Positions 23,665 through 33,068 of a DNA stretch of 64,000 nt are shown piece after piece. The DNA lies in contig DATHOE010000037.1 of NCBI GenBank assembly GCA_035485275.1, forward strand, positions 8,701 to 72,700. The letters run 5' to 3'. Position 1 is the first letter of the stretch. The number at the start of each line of letters is the position of its first letter. This DNA is from a bacterium (GTDB taxonomy: Bacteria; Oederibacteriota; JAJYGY01; DAIDJD01). Position numbers and translations under genes: made by a program. A model generated the notes under the pieces. The model had not been told where the DNA came from, ran no database searches, and saw only the letters and a list, made by a program, of their open reading frames with translations.

Positions 23665-24525
23665 ATGGACATCGGATTCCTCGGAACCGGAAGTATGGGC
23701 CTACCCATGGCCCGTAATCTTCTCAGGGCTGGACATACCCTGAAGGTATGGAACCGTTCGCCGGAAAAGGCCCGGATTCTCGTGTCTGAGGGCGCCACTT
23801 TAGCCCCCAGCCCGGCCCAGGCCGTGACGCCAGGTGGCATCGCCGTAACCATGCTCAGCGACGACACGGCCCTGGAAGGGGTGACCAAGGGGCCTGAGGG
23901 CTTCCTAACATCCTTAGGACAAGGCCTGCACCTGAGCATGTCCACGGTCAGCCCTGATTTGAACCGCCGCCTCGCCAAGGAGCAGGCCCTTCTTGGAGGG
24001 GCCCTGGTCGCCGCCCCAGTCTTTGGCCGTCCGGACGCTGCTGCTGCGGCCAAACTCAACATCCCTTGCTCCGGGCCGGAGGCCGCACGGGCCAGGGCAC
24101 TGCCTTTGCTTGAGGTTTTGGGCCAGTGCGTGCGGGATTTTGGCGAGGATCCGGGTGCAGCGAATGTGGTCAAATTGTGCGGAAATTTCCTGATTTTATC
24201 GGCCACCCAGGCCCTGGCCGAGTGCCTCTCCGTGGCGCAGGCCAACGGGCTGGACCGTGGCGCGGTGATGGACTTCTACTCCAGCACCAATTTCGCCTGC
24301 CCGGTATATAAGGCCTATGGAGGGCGCTTGGCGGCTGAAGACTATTCCGAAGGCGGCTTCAAACTGAGCCTGGCAGCCAAGGATCTGCGCTTGTTCGCGG
24401 GGCAGAAGGGAAGCGGCCACCTGAAACTTCGGGCCCTGCTGGAGGAATTGTTCGCGTCGGCTTCCGCCAGAGGCTGGGATAATGAGGACGTGACTGCCTT
24501 GGCCCGGCTAGTGGCAAAACCGTGA
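23665..24525 (+). CDS. NAD(P)-dependent oxidoreductase, 3-hydroxyisobutyrate/6-phosphogluconate dehydrogenase family
   Basis: N-terminal MDIGFLGTGSMGLPMARNL Rossmann motif. Confidence 0.8.
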   Translation: MDIGFLGTGSMGLPMARNLLRAGHTLKVWNRSPEKARILVSEGATLAPSPAQAVTPGGIAVTMLSDDTALEGVTKGPEGFLTSLGQGLHLSMSTVSPDLNRRLAKEQALLGGALVAAPVFGRPDAAAAAKLNIPCSGPEAARARALPLLEVLGQCVRDFGEDPGAANVVKLCGNFLILSATQALAECLSVAQANGLDRGAVMDFYSSTNFACPVYKAYGGRLAAEDYSEGGFKLSLAAKDLRLFAGQKGSGHLKLRALLEELFASASARGWDNEDVTALARLVAKP

Positions 24526-24798
24526 ATCCGGTGATAGGGAACCCGGAGCGTGACTCTTGCAAAAATGTCGCCGCTGACGTAATGTTCTTTTGTGTGACGG
24601 CCTAACCAAGCGCTGATTATGCGGCTTGGCGTTTCAAGGAAAGCGGAGCTCTTCTGGCGAACGCTTGAAACTATTGATCGACATTGAAGAATTCCGCTTT
24701 GATGCATTTGAAAATCCTAACAAGCATCCTGCAATTGGTGGGTTTAAGCCGGCTAATGTGAGCCGGTGGTCCTTTCGAATTTCCCCTAAGGAGACTCC

Positions 24799-25461
24799 AT
24801 GCGACACAAACGTTCAACGGTTTTGGCCCTGGCTTCGGCCCTGATGCTGACCTTGCCGGCTTTAGGCTGGGCGCGCCACAGGATGACCGAGGACCAAGAT
24901 ACGGACCAGGCGGCTGCGGCTCAGCCGGCCCCCCAGTGGGGCGTCGGCGCGGCCTACCTGCCCAGCCCGACCGGCCCTCTGGACGCCCTCACCGGCACCT
25001 TCAAGCCGAACCCGGACCTTGCCCTGGATGGCCTTTTGTTGGCCGGCAGCGGCTCCGTGGATGAAGGCGGCACGGATTCGTCAGGAAACGAGGTCAATGA
25101 CAGCATCGGAAGCTTCGGATTGGGCGTCCAGGGCCGTTACGACCTCCTCCATCCCACCGACTACTTGGCTTTCCAGGTGGTGGGCAGGCTCTCTTGGGTG
25201 GACGAAGGCGACACCCATACCGTGGCCGGGCACGCCAGTTCCACCAGCGAAAGCCAGTTCGGAATCTTCGCTGGCGCGGGTTTTGAAGGCTTCATTCCGT
25301 CCTGGAAGAGCGTTTCGGTCGAGGTCAACAGCGGCCTGAACATCGCCTTCACCGGTGCGAGCGGCGGCGGCGCCAGCTCCAGCGACGACACCGTCAATCT
25401 CGGCGGCAGCGGCGGCGCGGCTTTCTTCCCCTTTAACTTTGCCGTGCACTACTACTTCTAG
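24799..25461 (+). CDS. Hypothetical outer-membrane beta-barrel protein
   Basis: Signal peptide, alternating beta-strand pattern, C-terminal aromatic residue (..FAVHYYF). Confidence 0.5.
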   Translation: MRHKRSTVLALASALMLTLPALGWARHRMTEDQDTDQAAAAQPAPQWGVGAAYLPSPTGPLDALTGTFKPNPDLALDGLLLAGSGSVDEGGTDSSGNEVNDSIGSFGLGVQGRYDLLHPTDYLAFQVVGRLSWVDEGDTHTVAGHASSTSESQFGIFAGAGFEGFIPSWKSVSVEVNSGLNIAFTGASGGGASSSDDTVNLGGSGGAAFFPFNFAVHYYF

Positions 25462-25476
25462 CGCCTCGGAGCACCA

Positions 25477-26517
25477 TTGCCTCGCAATACAGGGGCCGCG
25501 GGTCCGGCGATCGAGACCCGCGGCCTCGCCAAATCCTATGTCCAGAGGGTGGTGCAAGCGGGTCTGATGGGCTCGATCAAGGGCCTGTTCCACGCCGAAA
25601 AAAAGGTGGTGACGGCCCTCAAGGGCCTGGACCTGAGGGTTGAACGCGGGGAGGCGGTGGGCCTCATCGGCGAGAACGGCGCCGGTAAAAGCACGACCAT
25701 GAAGCTGCTGACCGGGATCCTCCACCCGAGCGGCGGGCACTTGAGCGTGCTGGGCCACCAGCCCTCGCGGGAACGCAAACTCCTGGCCCGCAAGATCGGC
25801 GTGGTCTTCGGCCAGAAACCGCAGCTGTTGTGGGACATCGCCGTGCGGGAGACCTTCGAGCTCCTGCGGGTGATGTACCGCATCCCCGACGCGGTGTACG
25901 CGGAAACCTCGGCGCTTACCGCGAAATTGCTCGGCCTGGAGCCCCTTTTGGGGGTCCCGGTGCGCCTGCTTTCCCTGGGCCAGCGCATGCGGGCCGATTT
26001 GGCCTGCTCTTTTTTGCACGCCCCCCAGTTGGTTTTTTTGGACGAACCCACCATCGGTCTGGACGTTTTGGCCAAGGAACAGGCCCGCCAGTTGATCAAG
26101 ACCATGCGCTCCCGTTTCGGCATGAGCCTGATCCTCACCACCCACGACCTGAAGGACATCACCGACACCTGTGAACGGGTGGTGCTTCTGGACAAGGGAA
26201 GCCTGCTCTTCGACGGCAGCCTGCCGGCCTTTGAGCACAAATTCGCGCGGGAAAAACGCATCGTGGTGCAGTTGGAGCGTCCCCTGGACGCCGCGTCCCG
26301 CAAGGCGCTGGGCGCCCGGATCGCCCGCCTCGGCGGCAAGCTGCAGAGGGCGTCCGGCATCGAGGTGGCGGTGGCCTATGAGCGGCCTGCGGCGGTGCGC
26401 GGACTGACCCAGCTGCTGGTGACCAAGCTGGATGTCGCGGATATGGCCTTCGAAAAAAGCGACATGGAAAGCATCGTGCGCCGCATCTACGGGCGCCCCG
26501 GGGCCCGGCGTGGGTGA
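25477..26517 (+). CDS. ABC transporter ATP-binding protein (ABC-2 exporter type)
   Basis: Walker A GENGAGKST, signature LSLGQRMR, Walker B LVFLDEPT. Confidence 0.85.
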   Translation: MPRNTGAAGPAIETRGLAKSYVQRVVQAGLMGSIKGLFHAEKKVVTALKGLDLRVERGEAVGLIGENGAGKSTTMKLLTGILHPSGGHLSVLGHQPSRERKLLARKIGVVFGQKPQLLWDIAVRETFELLRVMYRIPDAVYAETSALTAKLLGLEPLLGVPVRLLSLGQRMRADLACSFLHAPQLVFLDEPTIGLDVLAKEQARQLIKTMRSRFGMSLILTTHDLKDITDTCERVVLLDKGSLLFDGSLPAFEHKFAREKRIVVQLERPLDAASRKALGARIARLGGKLQRASGIEVAVAYERPAAVRGLTQLLVTKLDVADMAFEKSDMESIVRRIYGRPGARRG

Positions 26518-27322
26518 ATTGTCGCTGGTGGCGCGCACCGGGCGGGTGCTGTTCAGCCGGGCCGTCCAAGGCCGCCTGGCCTATGCCAAATATTTTTTCA
26601 TCAGTTTGCTGGGGTTTTTCGTCGGCTTCGGCCTGACCCTGATGCTTTGGCTCTACGTCAACGACCACCGCGCAGGCGGCTTGGCCGTGGGCAGGGACGA
26701 CCTGATCGCCTACCTGGCCCTGGCCTTGGTCATCAATTTCACCCTGTCCCTGTCCTTGGACTCCATCCTTTCCAGCCGCATCCGCACCGGCCAGGTGGCG
26801 GTGGACCTGCTCAAGCCCATCAGTTTCCAGTGGATGTATTTCTTCATCTCGATGGCGGACATCGTCATCCAGGCCTGCATGGGGGCCGTGGTCCTGGTGG
26901 TGGCCTTCTTCGTGCTGTCCGTGAAGCCTTTGAGGCTGGAAGCCGTCCAGATGGCTGTCTTTTTCGTGAGCCTGGTGCTGGCGATATTGGTTCAGTACGG
27001 CATCTGCTTCATCTTCACCCTGGGCGCCTTTTTCACCAATTTCGGGTACGGCATGTTCAACCTGCGCCTGATGACCCAGGCCACCTTTTCAGGCGTTTTC
27101 GCGCCGCTGCTGCTGTATCCGATGAGCCTGCGGGCCGTGGCCTATGCCCTGCCCTTCCATTGCGTGGTGCACACCCCCGCCCTCATCGGACTTGGATGGG
27201 TGTCCCCGGTCCAGGCCCTGCCCTTGCTGGCCGAGCAGTTGGCCTGGGCCGCGGGCCTTTTCGCCGCGGGGCAGCTCGGATTCCGTTGGATTTTGGCCCG
27301 TTTCAGCATCCAGGGCGGCTGA
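26510..27322 (+). CDS. ABC-2 family transporter permease
   Basis: 6-TM membrane protein directly downstream of the ATPase. GTG start overlaps the ATPase stop. Confidence 0.65.
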   Translation: MGELSLVARTGRVLFSRAVQGRLAYAKYFFISLLGFFVGFGLTLMLWLYVNDHRAGGLAVGRDDLIAYLALALVINFTLSLSLDSILSSRIRTGQVAVDLLKPISFQWMYFFISMADIVIQACMGAVVLVVAFFVLSVKPLRLEAVQMAVFFVSLVLAILVQYGICFIFTLGAFFTNFGYGMFNLRLMTQATFSGVFAPLLLYPMSLRAVAYALPFHCVVHTPALIGLGWVSPVQALPLLAEQLAWAAGLFAAGQLGFRWILARFSIQGG

Positions 27323-28105
27323 GTGGGCGAACTGGGGATCTATTTCAAGGCCTTCAAGTCGATGCTCGCCACGCGCTTTGAGTACCGCACGGACGTGGTG
27401 CTGAGCCTGCTGGGCTCGCTCTTTTACCAGCTGAGCCCCCTTGTCACCTATGCCGTGATCGCGACGCAGGTCCCCAACCTGGACGGCTGGAACTCCACGC
27501 AGATACTGTTTTTGTTCGGATTGTGGGCCCTGGCCATGGGGCTTTCCGAGCTGCTTTTCGACCGGGTCTGGTACGTGGGCGGCATGGTGAACCTCGGGCA
27601 ATTCGACCGCCTCCTGCTCTGCCCGGTGGAGACCCTGCCTTTCTGCCTGGTCACGGAACCCCAATTGCATTCGGTGGGCAATATTTTCTGCGGCTGCGCC
27701 ATGCTGGGCTTCGCAGGCTATTCGCTCCATTTCGCCTGGTGGATCTGGCCGCTCCTGCCTTTTTGGGGCGCCTGCGGCGCGGTCATCTATTCCGGCATTT
27801 TGGTGGTCTTTTCCACGATCCTCATCGTCCTGCCCGGGAACGGCGTGAACGTGGCCCAATTGGTGCAACAGGCCGGCAACGCCACGCGTTTCCCTTTGGG
27901 CGTCTTTCCGGGCGCGGTGAAATGGATTTTGCTCTTTGTGGTGCCTTTGGGAGCCTACCAATTTTTGCCGGGCCTCTGGCTCTTCCACGGCGGTTCGCCC
28001 GTGGCCGGCCTCCTGGCCCCGCCAGCCGCGGCCCTGGCGACGGCCGCCCTGGCCTGGTTCGCCTGGGAAAGCGCGTTGAACCACTATGAAAGCACTGGAA
28101 ACTGA
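27323..28105 (+). CDS. ABC-2 family transporter permease (second subunit)
   Basis: Polytopic membrane protein contiguous with the preceding permease. Confidence 0.65.
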   Translation: MGELGIYFKAFKSMLATRFEYRTDVVLSLLGSLFYQLSPLVTYAVIATQVPNLDGWNSTQILFLFGLWALAMGLSELLFDRVWYVGGMVNLGQFDRLLLCPVETLPFCLVTEPQLHSVGNIFCGCAMLGFAGYSLHFAWWIWPLLPFWGACGAVIYSGILVVFSTILIVLPGNGVNVAQLVQQAGNATRFPLGVFPGAVKWILLFVVPLGAYQFLPGLWLFHGGSPVAGLLAPPAAALATAALAWFAWESALNHYESTGN

Positions 28106-28135
28106 AGGTTTAGGCCCCGGCCTAGCCCGTTTTTC

Positions 28136-28729
28136 TCACAGCAACATCTGCACGCCATGCCGGATCATCATCACGGCTATGGAGGCCAGCAATATATACG
28201 ACAATTTGGACAGGGCTTGGGTGCCCCGTTCGCCGAAGAATCGCCCCAGACGCGGGGATTGGTCCAGGATCATCCAAGACACCAGGCAATTGAGAAGGAT
28301 GGACGCGAGCGTGACCAAAAGGCCGTAGCTGCTGAGCAGGATGACCGTCGTGGCCATGGCGGCCGGTCCGGCGAGCAGGGGCGTGGCCAGGGGCACGATG
28401 CCGAACTCCAGGGCCGCCGCGGGCAGGGGCTTGTCCGGATCCAGGAGCAGGGCCTTGATGGACAGGACGAGCAGGAGCAGCCCGCCGGCCACCAGGAAGT
28501 CCGAATCGGTCACGCCCAGGACCAGGAAAACGGCCTTGCCGATGAACAGGAAGGTGACAAGGATCAGTCCCGCCGCCGCCGCACCCTCGCGCATGGCTTT
28601 TTTCCGTTTGGCCTCGTCCATGCCCCGGGTCATGGCGAGGACCATGGGCAGAAAATCGAAGGAGCCCATGGCTATGAACAGGGGGATGAAACTCAGGATA
28701 TAGGGACGCAGGATTGCGTAGATGGGCAT
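28136..28729 (-). CDS. MarC family (UPF0056) integral membrane protein
   Basis: 197 aa with 6 TM helices. The sequence pattern is typical of MarC/YhgN proteins. Confidence 0.75.
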   Translation of the reverse strand: MPIYAILRPYILSFIPLFIAMGSFDFLPMVLAMTRGMDEAKRKKAMREGAAAAGLILVTFLFIGKAVFLVLGVTDSDFLVAGGLLLLVLSIKALLLDPDKPLPAAALEFGIVPLATPLLAGPAAMATTVILLSSYGLLVTLASILLNCLVSWMILDQSPRLGRFFGERGTQALSKLSYILLASIAVMMIRHGVQMLL

Positions 28730-28780
28730 GATTGGCGCCGGTGTGCCTCTGGGAGGCCTCCGGCGGCTCCTAGGGCCGCT

Positions 28781-29494
28781 TTAGGCGGTGAAGAGGTGGT
28801 CCGGAACGGCGCGCATGACGGCGTCCACCCATGCGCGGGCCTGGGGATCGGGAAGGACTGATTCACCCGCGTCGGCTCCGGCGCCGGCCTCCGGGGCCTT
28901 CTCCTCGTCCCAGGCGGCCTCGGAGCGGGCCAGGCGCACCCTCAGGGGCGCGGCCAGGGCGGGATCCTTGATTAAATTCAGGTTCACCTGGACGTTTTCC
29001 GCGGAGGCCGACAGCGCCGCCTTGGCCAGGCTGCGGGCGACGTTCACGTCGCTCAGGACCCTAGGATTGCCGATGCGCGCGAGCACGCGCACGGCGCCTC
29101 GGGCGCCCAAAAGGTGGGCGCAGAGTTCATGCACGGCCAGCGGGACGCGGGCGGCGTCGCCAAGGGCGGCCTGCATGCCAGCGGAGCGGTCCGCGGCGCC
29201 TTCGGGGCTGTCCTTGGGGCGGGCGGCGGCCAGGCCGTAGGACTGGAAGGCCAGGCTGTCCGCGTCCGCAAGGCGCTCGGCCGCGGCCTTTACCGCCAGC
29301 GCGTCCTCCAAAATGAGCGCCAGGGAAGCCTCGTGGCGCAGGGCCTGGGCCTTGCCCTGGGTCAGCCGGGCCACCATGCACAAAAGGGCCGCCGCCTGGG
29401 CCAGGGTCCAAGCCGCCGCCGCGCCGCCGCCGGGGGTGGGGGCCGCGCTCGCCAGGGCGTCCAAATATGAGCCTAGGCTCTCAGAACGGGGCAT
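28781..29494 (-). CDS. fchA: Methenyltetrahydrofolate cyclohydrolase / formiminotransferase-cyclodeaminase-like protein
   Basis: SAAPTPGGGAAAAW matches the S-x-P-x-PGGGS-AA motif of FchA/FTCD C-terminal domains. All-alpha composition. Confidence 0.7.
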   Translation of the reverse strand: MPRSESLGSYLDALASAAPTPGGGAAAAWTLAQAAALLCMVARLTQGKAQALRHEASLALILEDALAVKAAAERLADADSLAFQSYGLAAARPKDSPEGAADRSAGMQAALGDAARVPLAVHELCAHLLGARGAVRVLARIGNPRVLSDVNVARSLAKAALSASAENVQVNLNLIKDPALAAPLRVRLARSEAAWDEEKAPEAGAGADAGESVLPDPQARAWVDAVMRAVPDHLFTA

Positions 29495-30386
29495 GGCCGG
29501 CCTCCGGACGCAGATGGTGGTCTTCGAACAGCCGTAGGGCGTTGCGCAGGCACATGGCCACGGTGACCGGGCCCACCCGCGGAATGTAGAGCCCGGCTTT
29601 GTCCTTGGATTCCTCCTCGAAATTCTGGAGCGAGGAAATGTTGATGCAGACCGCGCCCGGCCTCAGTTCGTCCGCGCGGATCTTCTCGAAATGACGGGAG
29701 GGGACCGCGGTGATGACCACGTTGGATTCCCGCAGCGCCTGGGAGCGTTCCACCGCCTGGCGGGACGGGTCGTCGCGGGTGATGGCCATGCCGCCGTCTA
29801 CGTCGAAGGAATAGACCAGGGCTCCGTCGTTGGCGAGCATGTGGGCCAGGGGCTTTCCGACCACGTCCGAGCGGTTGAAGAGGCTCACGGTCTGGCCGCT
29901 GAAGGGGAGGCCGACCTCGGAATGGGCTTCGGTCTCCTCCAGCAGCTTCAGCACCGCCAGGGGGGTGCAGGGGAGCAGGCATTTGTGCAGGCGTCCGGGG
30001 TCGTCGAAACGTTCGTTGGCGTATAGTTTCTGCATCCAATGGGAGCAGAGGCCCTCGACGTCCTTGTAGGGGTCGACCAGGTCCTTGATGCCGGAGTCGC
30101 GGGCGTCCCCGAAGATCGGATAGTATACGAAGATGCCGTGCACCCCGGGATCCCGGTTGGCGGCCTTGATGAGTTCGGCCACGTTGGCCTGGGTGGCCGT
30201 GACGAGGCTGAAACGCAGTCCGACGGCTTCGCAGCGGGCGCGGGTGTATTCGGCGTAGGTCTGGCAGGATTTGTCCTCGGACACCAGGAAGCCGGTGACA
30301 TGCAGCGCATAGCCCTTGGCTTGGATGCGGGCCGCCACGTCGTCGCGGTGGAAGGACGCCAGGATATCGGGATCGAGTTTGTTCAT
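29481..30386 (-). CDS. Monofunctional methylenetetrahydrofolate dehydrogenase (MtdA/Mtd1-like)
   Basis: ~301 aa FolD-like fold without the cyclohydrolase signature (..GIFVYYPIFG.., ..VVGKPLAHML..). Overlaps the fchA start by 14 nt. Confidence 0.6.
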   Translation of the reverse strand: MNKLDPDILASFHRDDVAARIQAKGYALHVTGFLVSEDKSCQTYAEYTRARCEAVGLRFSLVTATQANVAELIKAANRDPGVHGIFVYYPIFGDARDSGIKDLVDPYKDVEGLCSHWMQKLYANERFDDPGRLHKCLLPCTPLAVLKLLEETEAHSEVGLPFSGQTVSLFNRSDVVGKPLAHMLANDGALVYSFDVDGGMAITRDDPSRQAVERSQALRESNVVITAVPSRHFEKIRADELRPGAVCINISSLQNFEEESKDKAGLYIPRVGPVTVAMCLRNALRLFEDHHLRPEAGHAPF

Positions 30387-30649
30387 CGTTTTTCCGCTCC
30401 GGCCGAACGCATCAATTCGGCCACGCTGGTGCCCAAGGCGTCGGCAAGGGCCTCCAGGCTGAGCAGCGTGAAGTTGGTGTCGGGGGCGGCGCGTTCGATG
30501 GTATAGAGCGTCTTCAGGGACACCCCGGCGCGTTTGGCTAGGCTGGCCTGGGTCAGGCCGGCCGCGGCACGCAAGGCCGCGATTTTGGATCCCACGAGGA
30601 GGCGGTAGTTTTCCTTGTCCGTCGGCTTCAAGGTCGTGCTCAAGGGCAT
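30383..30649 (-). CDS. XRE-family HTH transcriptional regulator
   Basis: HTH LRAAAGLTQASLAKRAGVSLKTLYTIERA. Its stop overlaps the mtd ATG (ATGA). Confidence 0.65.
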   Translation of the reverse strand: MPLSTTLKPTDKENYRLLVGSKIAALRAAAGLTQASLAKRAGVSLKTLYTIERAAPDTNFTLLSLEALADALGTSVAELMRSAGAEKR

Positions 30650-30771
30650 GGGCCTGTCCTTTTTCCGGAAATTGTCGTCCTTCCAGCATGCTTTAGCTGG
30701 GGCCAAAGGACAAGTATTATACTACCGATTCCACGGGACTCCGCAGGGGGCGTCCCAAAGGGGAGCTCGCA

Positions 30772-32985
30772 TTGCAAAAAATCATGGCTTTATGGTTTCT
30801 GTGCATGGCTATGCTGGGATCGGCGGCTTTGCCCGCGCTGGAGCTCCGCTCGCTTTCCGGGACCGTGGCGGTTTCCATGGAAGCCGACGGCTCCTACGGC
30901 GTGTCGGACGGAGCCTCGGGATGGCTGTTCAAGGGCGCCTTGCCGTCCGCCGCCGCCGGGCTGAAGTCCAGACAGGGAAGCGACACACTGGGGCCCTACC
31001 AGGAGCTCGATTTCCGCTACCGGGATCCCGCGGGTGCGGTTCGCGGAAGCCTGCGACTGTACCCGTCAAAAGGCCTGGTCGTGTTCGGACAGAGATTGAT
31101 TCAGGCATCTGTCCAGGCGCCCCAGCCTTTTCCGGACTTCAGGACGCTCCCCCAGGGATTGTATGACTTCAGCTTCAAGCCTGAAAATTTCGCCCCTCCC
31201 GTATTTTCCCTCCCCGAAGCCTGCACACCGTGGATGCTGTTCAACGCGCGGGACCAGGCTATGGTCCTTTCTCCGGCCTCCAATTTCCCTATGGCCAGCC
31301 TGTGGGGAGACGGCAAGGCCCGCATGGCCAGCGGCTTCAATGGGGGCGTGACCCGGCTTCCGGCCGGCTTCACCCAGAGATCCCTGATGGCCCTGGGCCA
31401 GGGCGTCAACGCCACCTGGGAGGCCTGGGGCCGGGCCCTGTGCGCGCTCCAGGGCAAGACCAGGCCCGCCAGCGACGCGGACAGGCTGCTCAAGTATTTC
31501 GGCTACTGGACCGATGCGGGCGCGGCGTATTGGTACAACTACGATCCCGGCCTTGGTTACGCCGGCACCTTGCGGCATCTGGTCGCGACATACCGGCAAG
31601 AGGGCATCCCGCTGGGTTATATGCAGCTAGACAGCTGGTGGTACCACAAGTCGCTCAGCGACCCCTCCGGCAAACAGGGCGGCGCAAGGAACGCCAAGCT
31701 CCCCCAGGGCGACTGGAACCGCTACGGCGGACTCATGGACTACAGCGCCCACCCTTTCGTCTTCCCCCAGGGACTCAAGGCCTTCACGCAGTCGATCGGG
31801 CTGCCCGTCGCCAACCACGACCGCTGGGTGGACCGGGCCAGTCCCTACCACAGGCGTTTCAGGATTTCGGGCATCGCTGCGGTGGATCCGGGTTTTTGGG
31901 ACGAAATTGCGGCCTACCTTCACGACGGCGGATCCGTGGACTATGAGCAGGACTGGCTCAGCGAAATCTACCGCCATTCGCCGGAGCTGGCCCGAGAGCC
32001 GGGCCTGGGGGACGCCTTCATGGACAACATGGCCGCGGCCTTTGAGAAGCGGGGCATGTCCCTCCAATACTGCATGGCCTTGCCCATGCAGTTCCTGCAG
32101 GGCAGCCGTTACAACAACCTCACCACCATCAGGGTCTCGGACGACGGCTTCAAACCAGACCACTACCATAATTTCCTGTACGCGTCCCGCCTGGCCTCGG
32201 CCCTGGGCATCTGGCCCTGGTGCGACGTGTTCATGAGCCACGAGACGGACAACCTGATCCTGGCGGTGCTCTCCGCCGGGCCGGTGGGCTGCGGCGATTT
32301 CCTGGGGCAGGAGGACAAGGCCAACATCCTGCGGGCGGTGCGCGCGGACGGCGTGATCGTCAAGCCGGACGCGCCGCTCCTTCCCAGCGACGCGAGCTAT
32401 TTGGCCGAAGCGCAGGGAAGGGACAGGCCCCTGGTGGCATCCACCTATACCGACCACGCGGGGCTTCGGACCGTTTATGGGATCGCCTACAGGACATCGG
32501 ACGGCCAAGCGGACAGCCTGTCCGTGGATCCGAAGGAACTAGGTGTCTCGGGAGCGGTCTATTTTTATGATGAACTCTCGGGTTCCGGTGTGGTTTTGAA
32601 GCAAGGAGAGGCCCTTCCGATCGATTTTCACGAGGGCAGCCTGTCCTATTTTGCGGTGGCACCCCTGGGAGCGAGCGACATGGCCTTGCTGGGGGATGCG
32701 GGCAAGCTGGTGGGCACCGGGAAAAAACGCATCGCTTTTTACAGCCAAAATGCAGCCGGAATGACCGTGTCGGTGCTATTTGCTCCGGGAGAAGGAAAGC
32801 TCAGCCTCCACGGATACGCGAAATCGGAGCCCAAGGTGAGGGCCGGGACCGCGCGGCCGCCGGTGGCCTATGATCCGTCCAGCGGGCTGTTTTCAGTGGA
32901 TGTGGCCCCGGATCAGGCCCTGGCCGGGGCGGATTCCGGCGGGGATAAGGTAAGGGTCTTGGACGTGGAGTTCTCGAAACACTGA
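30772..32985 (+). CDS. Large secreted protein, probable glycoside-hydrolase-like enzyme (family not assignable)
   Basis: Signal peptide, 737 aa. Acidic/aromatic motifs (GYMQLDSWWY, CDVFMSHETDN) resembling TIM-barrel glycosidase active sites. No confident family match from the sequence alone. Confidence 0.55.
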   Translation: MQKIMALWFLCMAMLGSAALPALELRSLSGTVAVSMEADGSYGVSDGASGWLFKGALPSAAAGLKSRQGSDTLGPYQELDFRYRDPAGAVRGSLRLYPSKGLVVFGQRLIQASVQAPQPFPDFRTLPQGLYDFSFKPENFAPPVFSLPEACTPWMLFNARDQAMVLSPASNFPMASLWGDGKARMASGFNGGVTRLPAGFTQRSLMALGQGVNATWEAWGRALCALQGKTRPASDADRLLKYFGYWTDAGAAYWYNYDPGLGYAGTLRHLVATYRQEGIPLGYMQLDSWWYHKSLSDPSGKQGGARNAKLPQGDWNRYGGLMDYSAHPFVFPQGLKAFTQSIGLPVANHDRWVDRASPYHRRFRISGIAAVDPGFWDEIAAYLHDGGSVDYEQDWLSEIYRHSPELAREPGLGDAFMDNMAAAFEKRGMSLQYCMALPMQFLQGSRYNNLTTIRVSDDGFKPDHYHNFLYASRLASALGIWPWCDVFMSHETDNLILAVLSAGPVGCGDFLGQEDKANILRAVRADGVIVKPDAPLLPSDASYLAEAQGRDRPLVASTYTDHAGLRTVYGIAYRTSDGQADSLSVDPKELGVSGAVYFYDELSGSGVVLKQGEALPIDFHEGSLSYFAVAPLGASDMALLGDAGKLVGTGKKRIAFYSQNAAGMTVSVLFAPGEGKLSLHGYAKSEPKVRAGTARPPVAYDPSSGLFSVDVAPDQALAGADSGGDKVRVLDVEFSKH

Positions 32986-33068
32986 TTCTGTTTACGGGAG
33001 GGCTTTAATAGTTTTGGCTTGCCCTATATAATTCCGATTCGGAATAGGGTCCCTTGCCGGAGACATGA

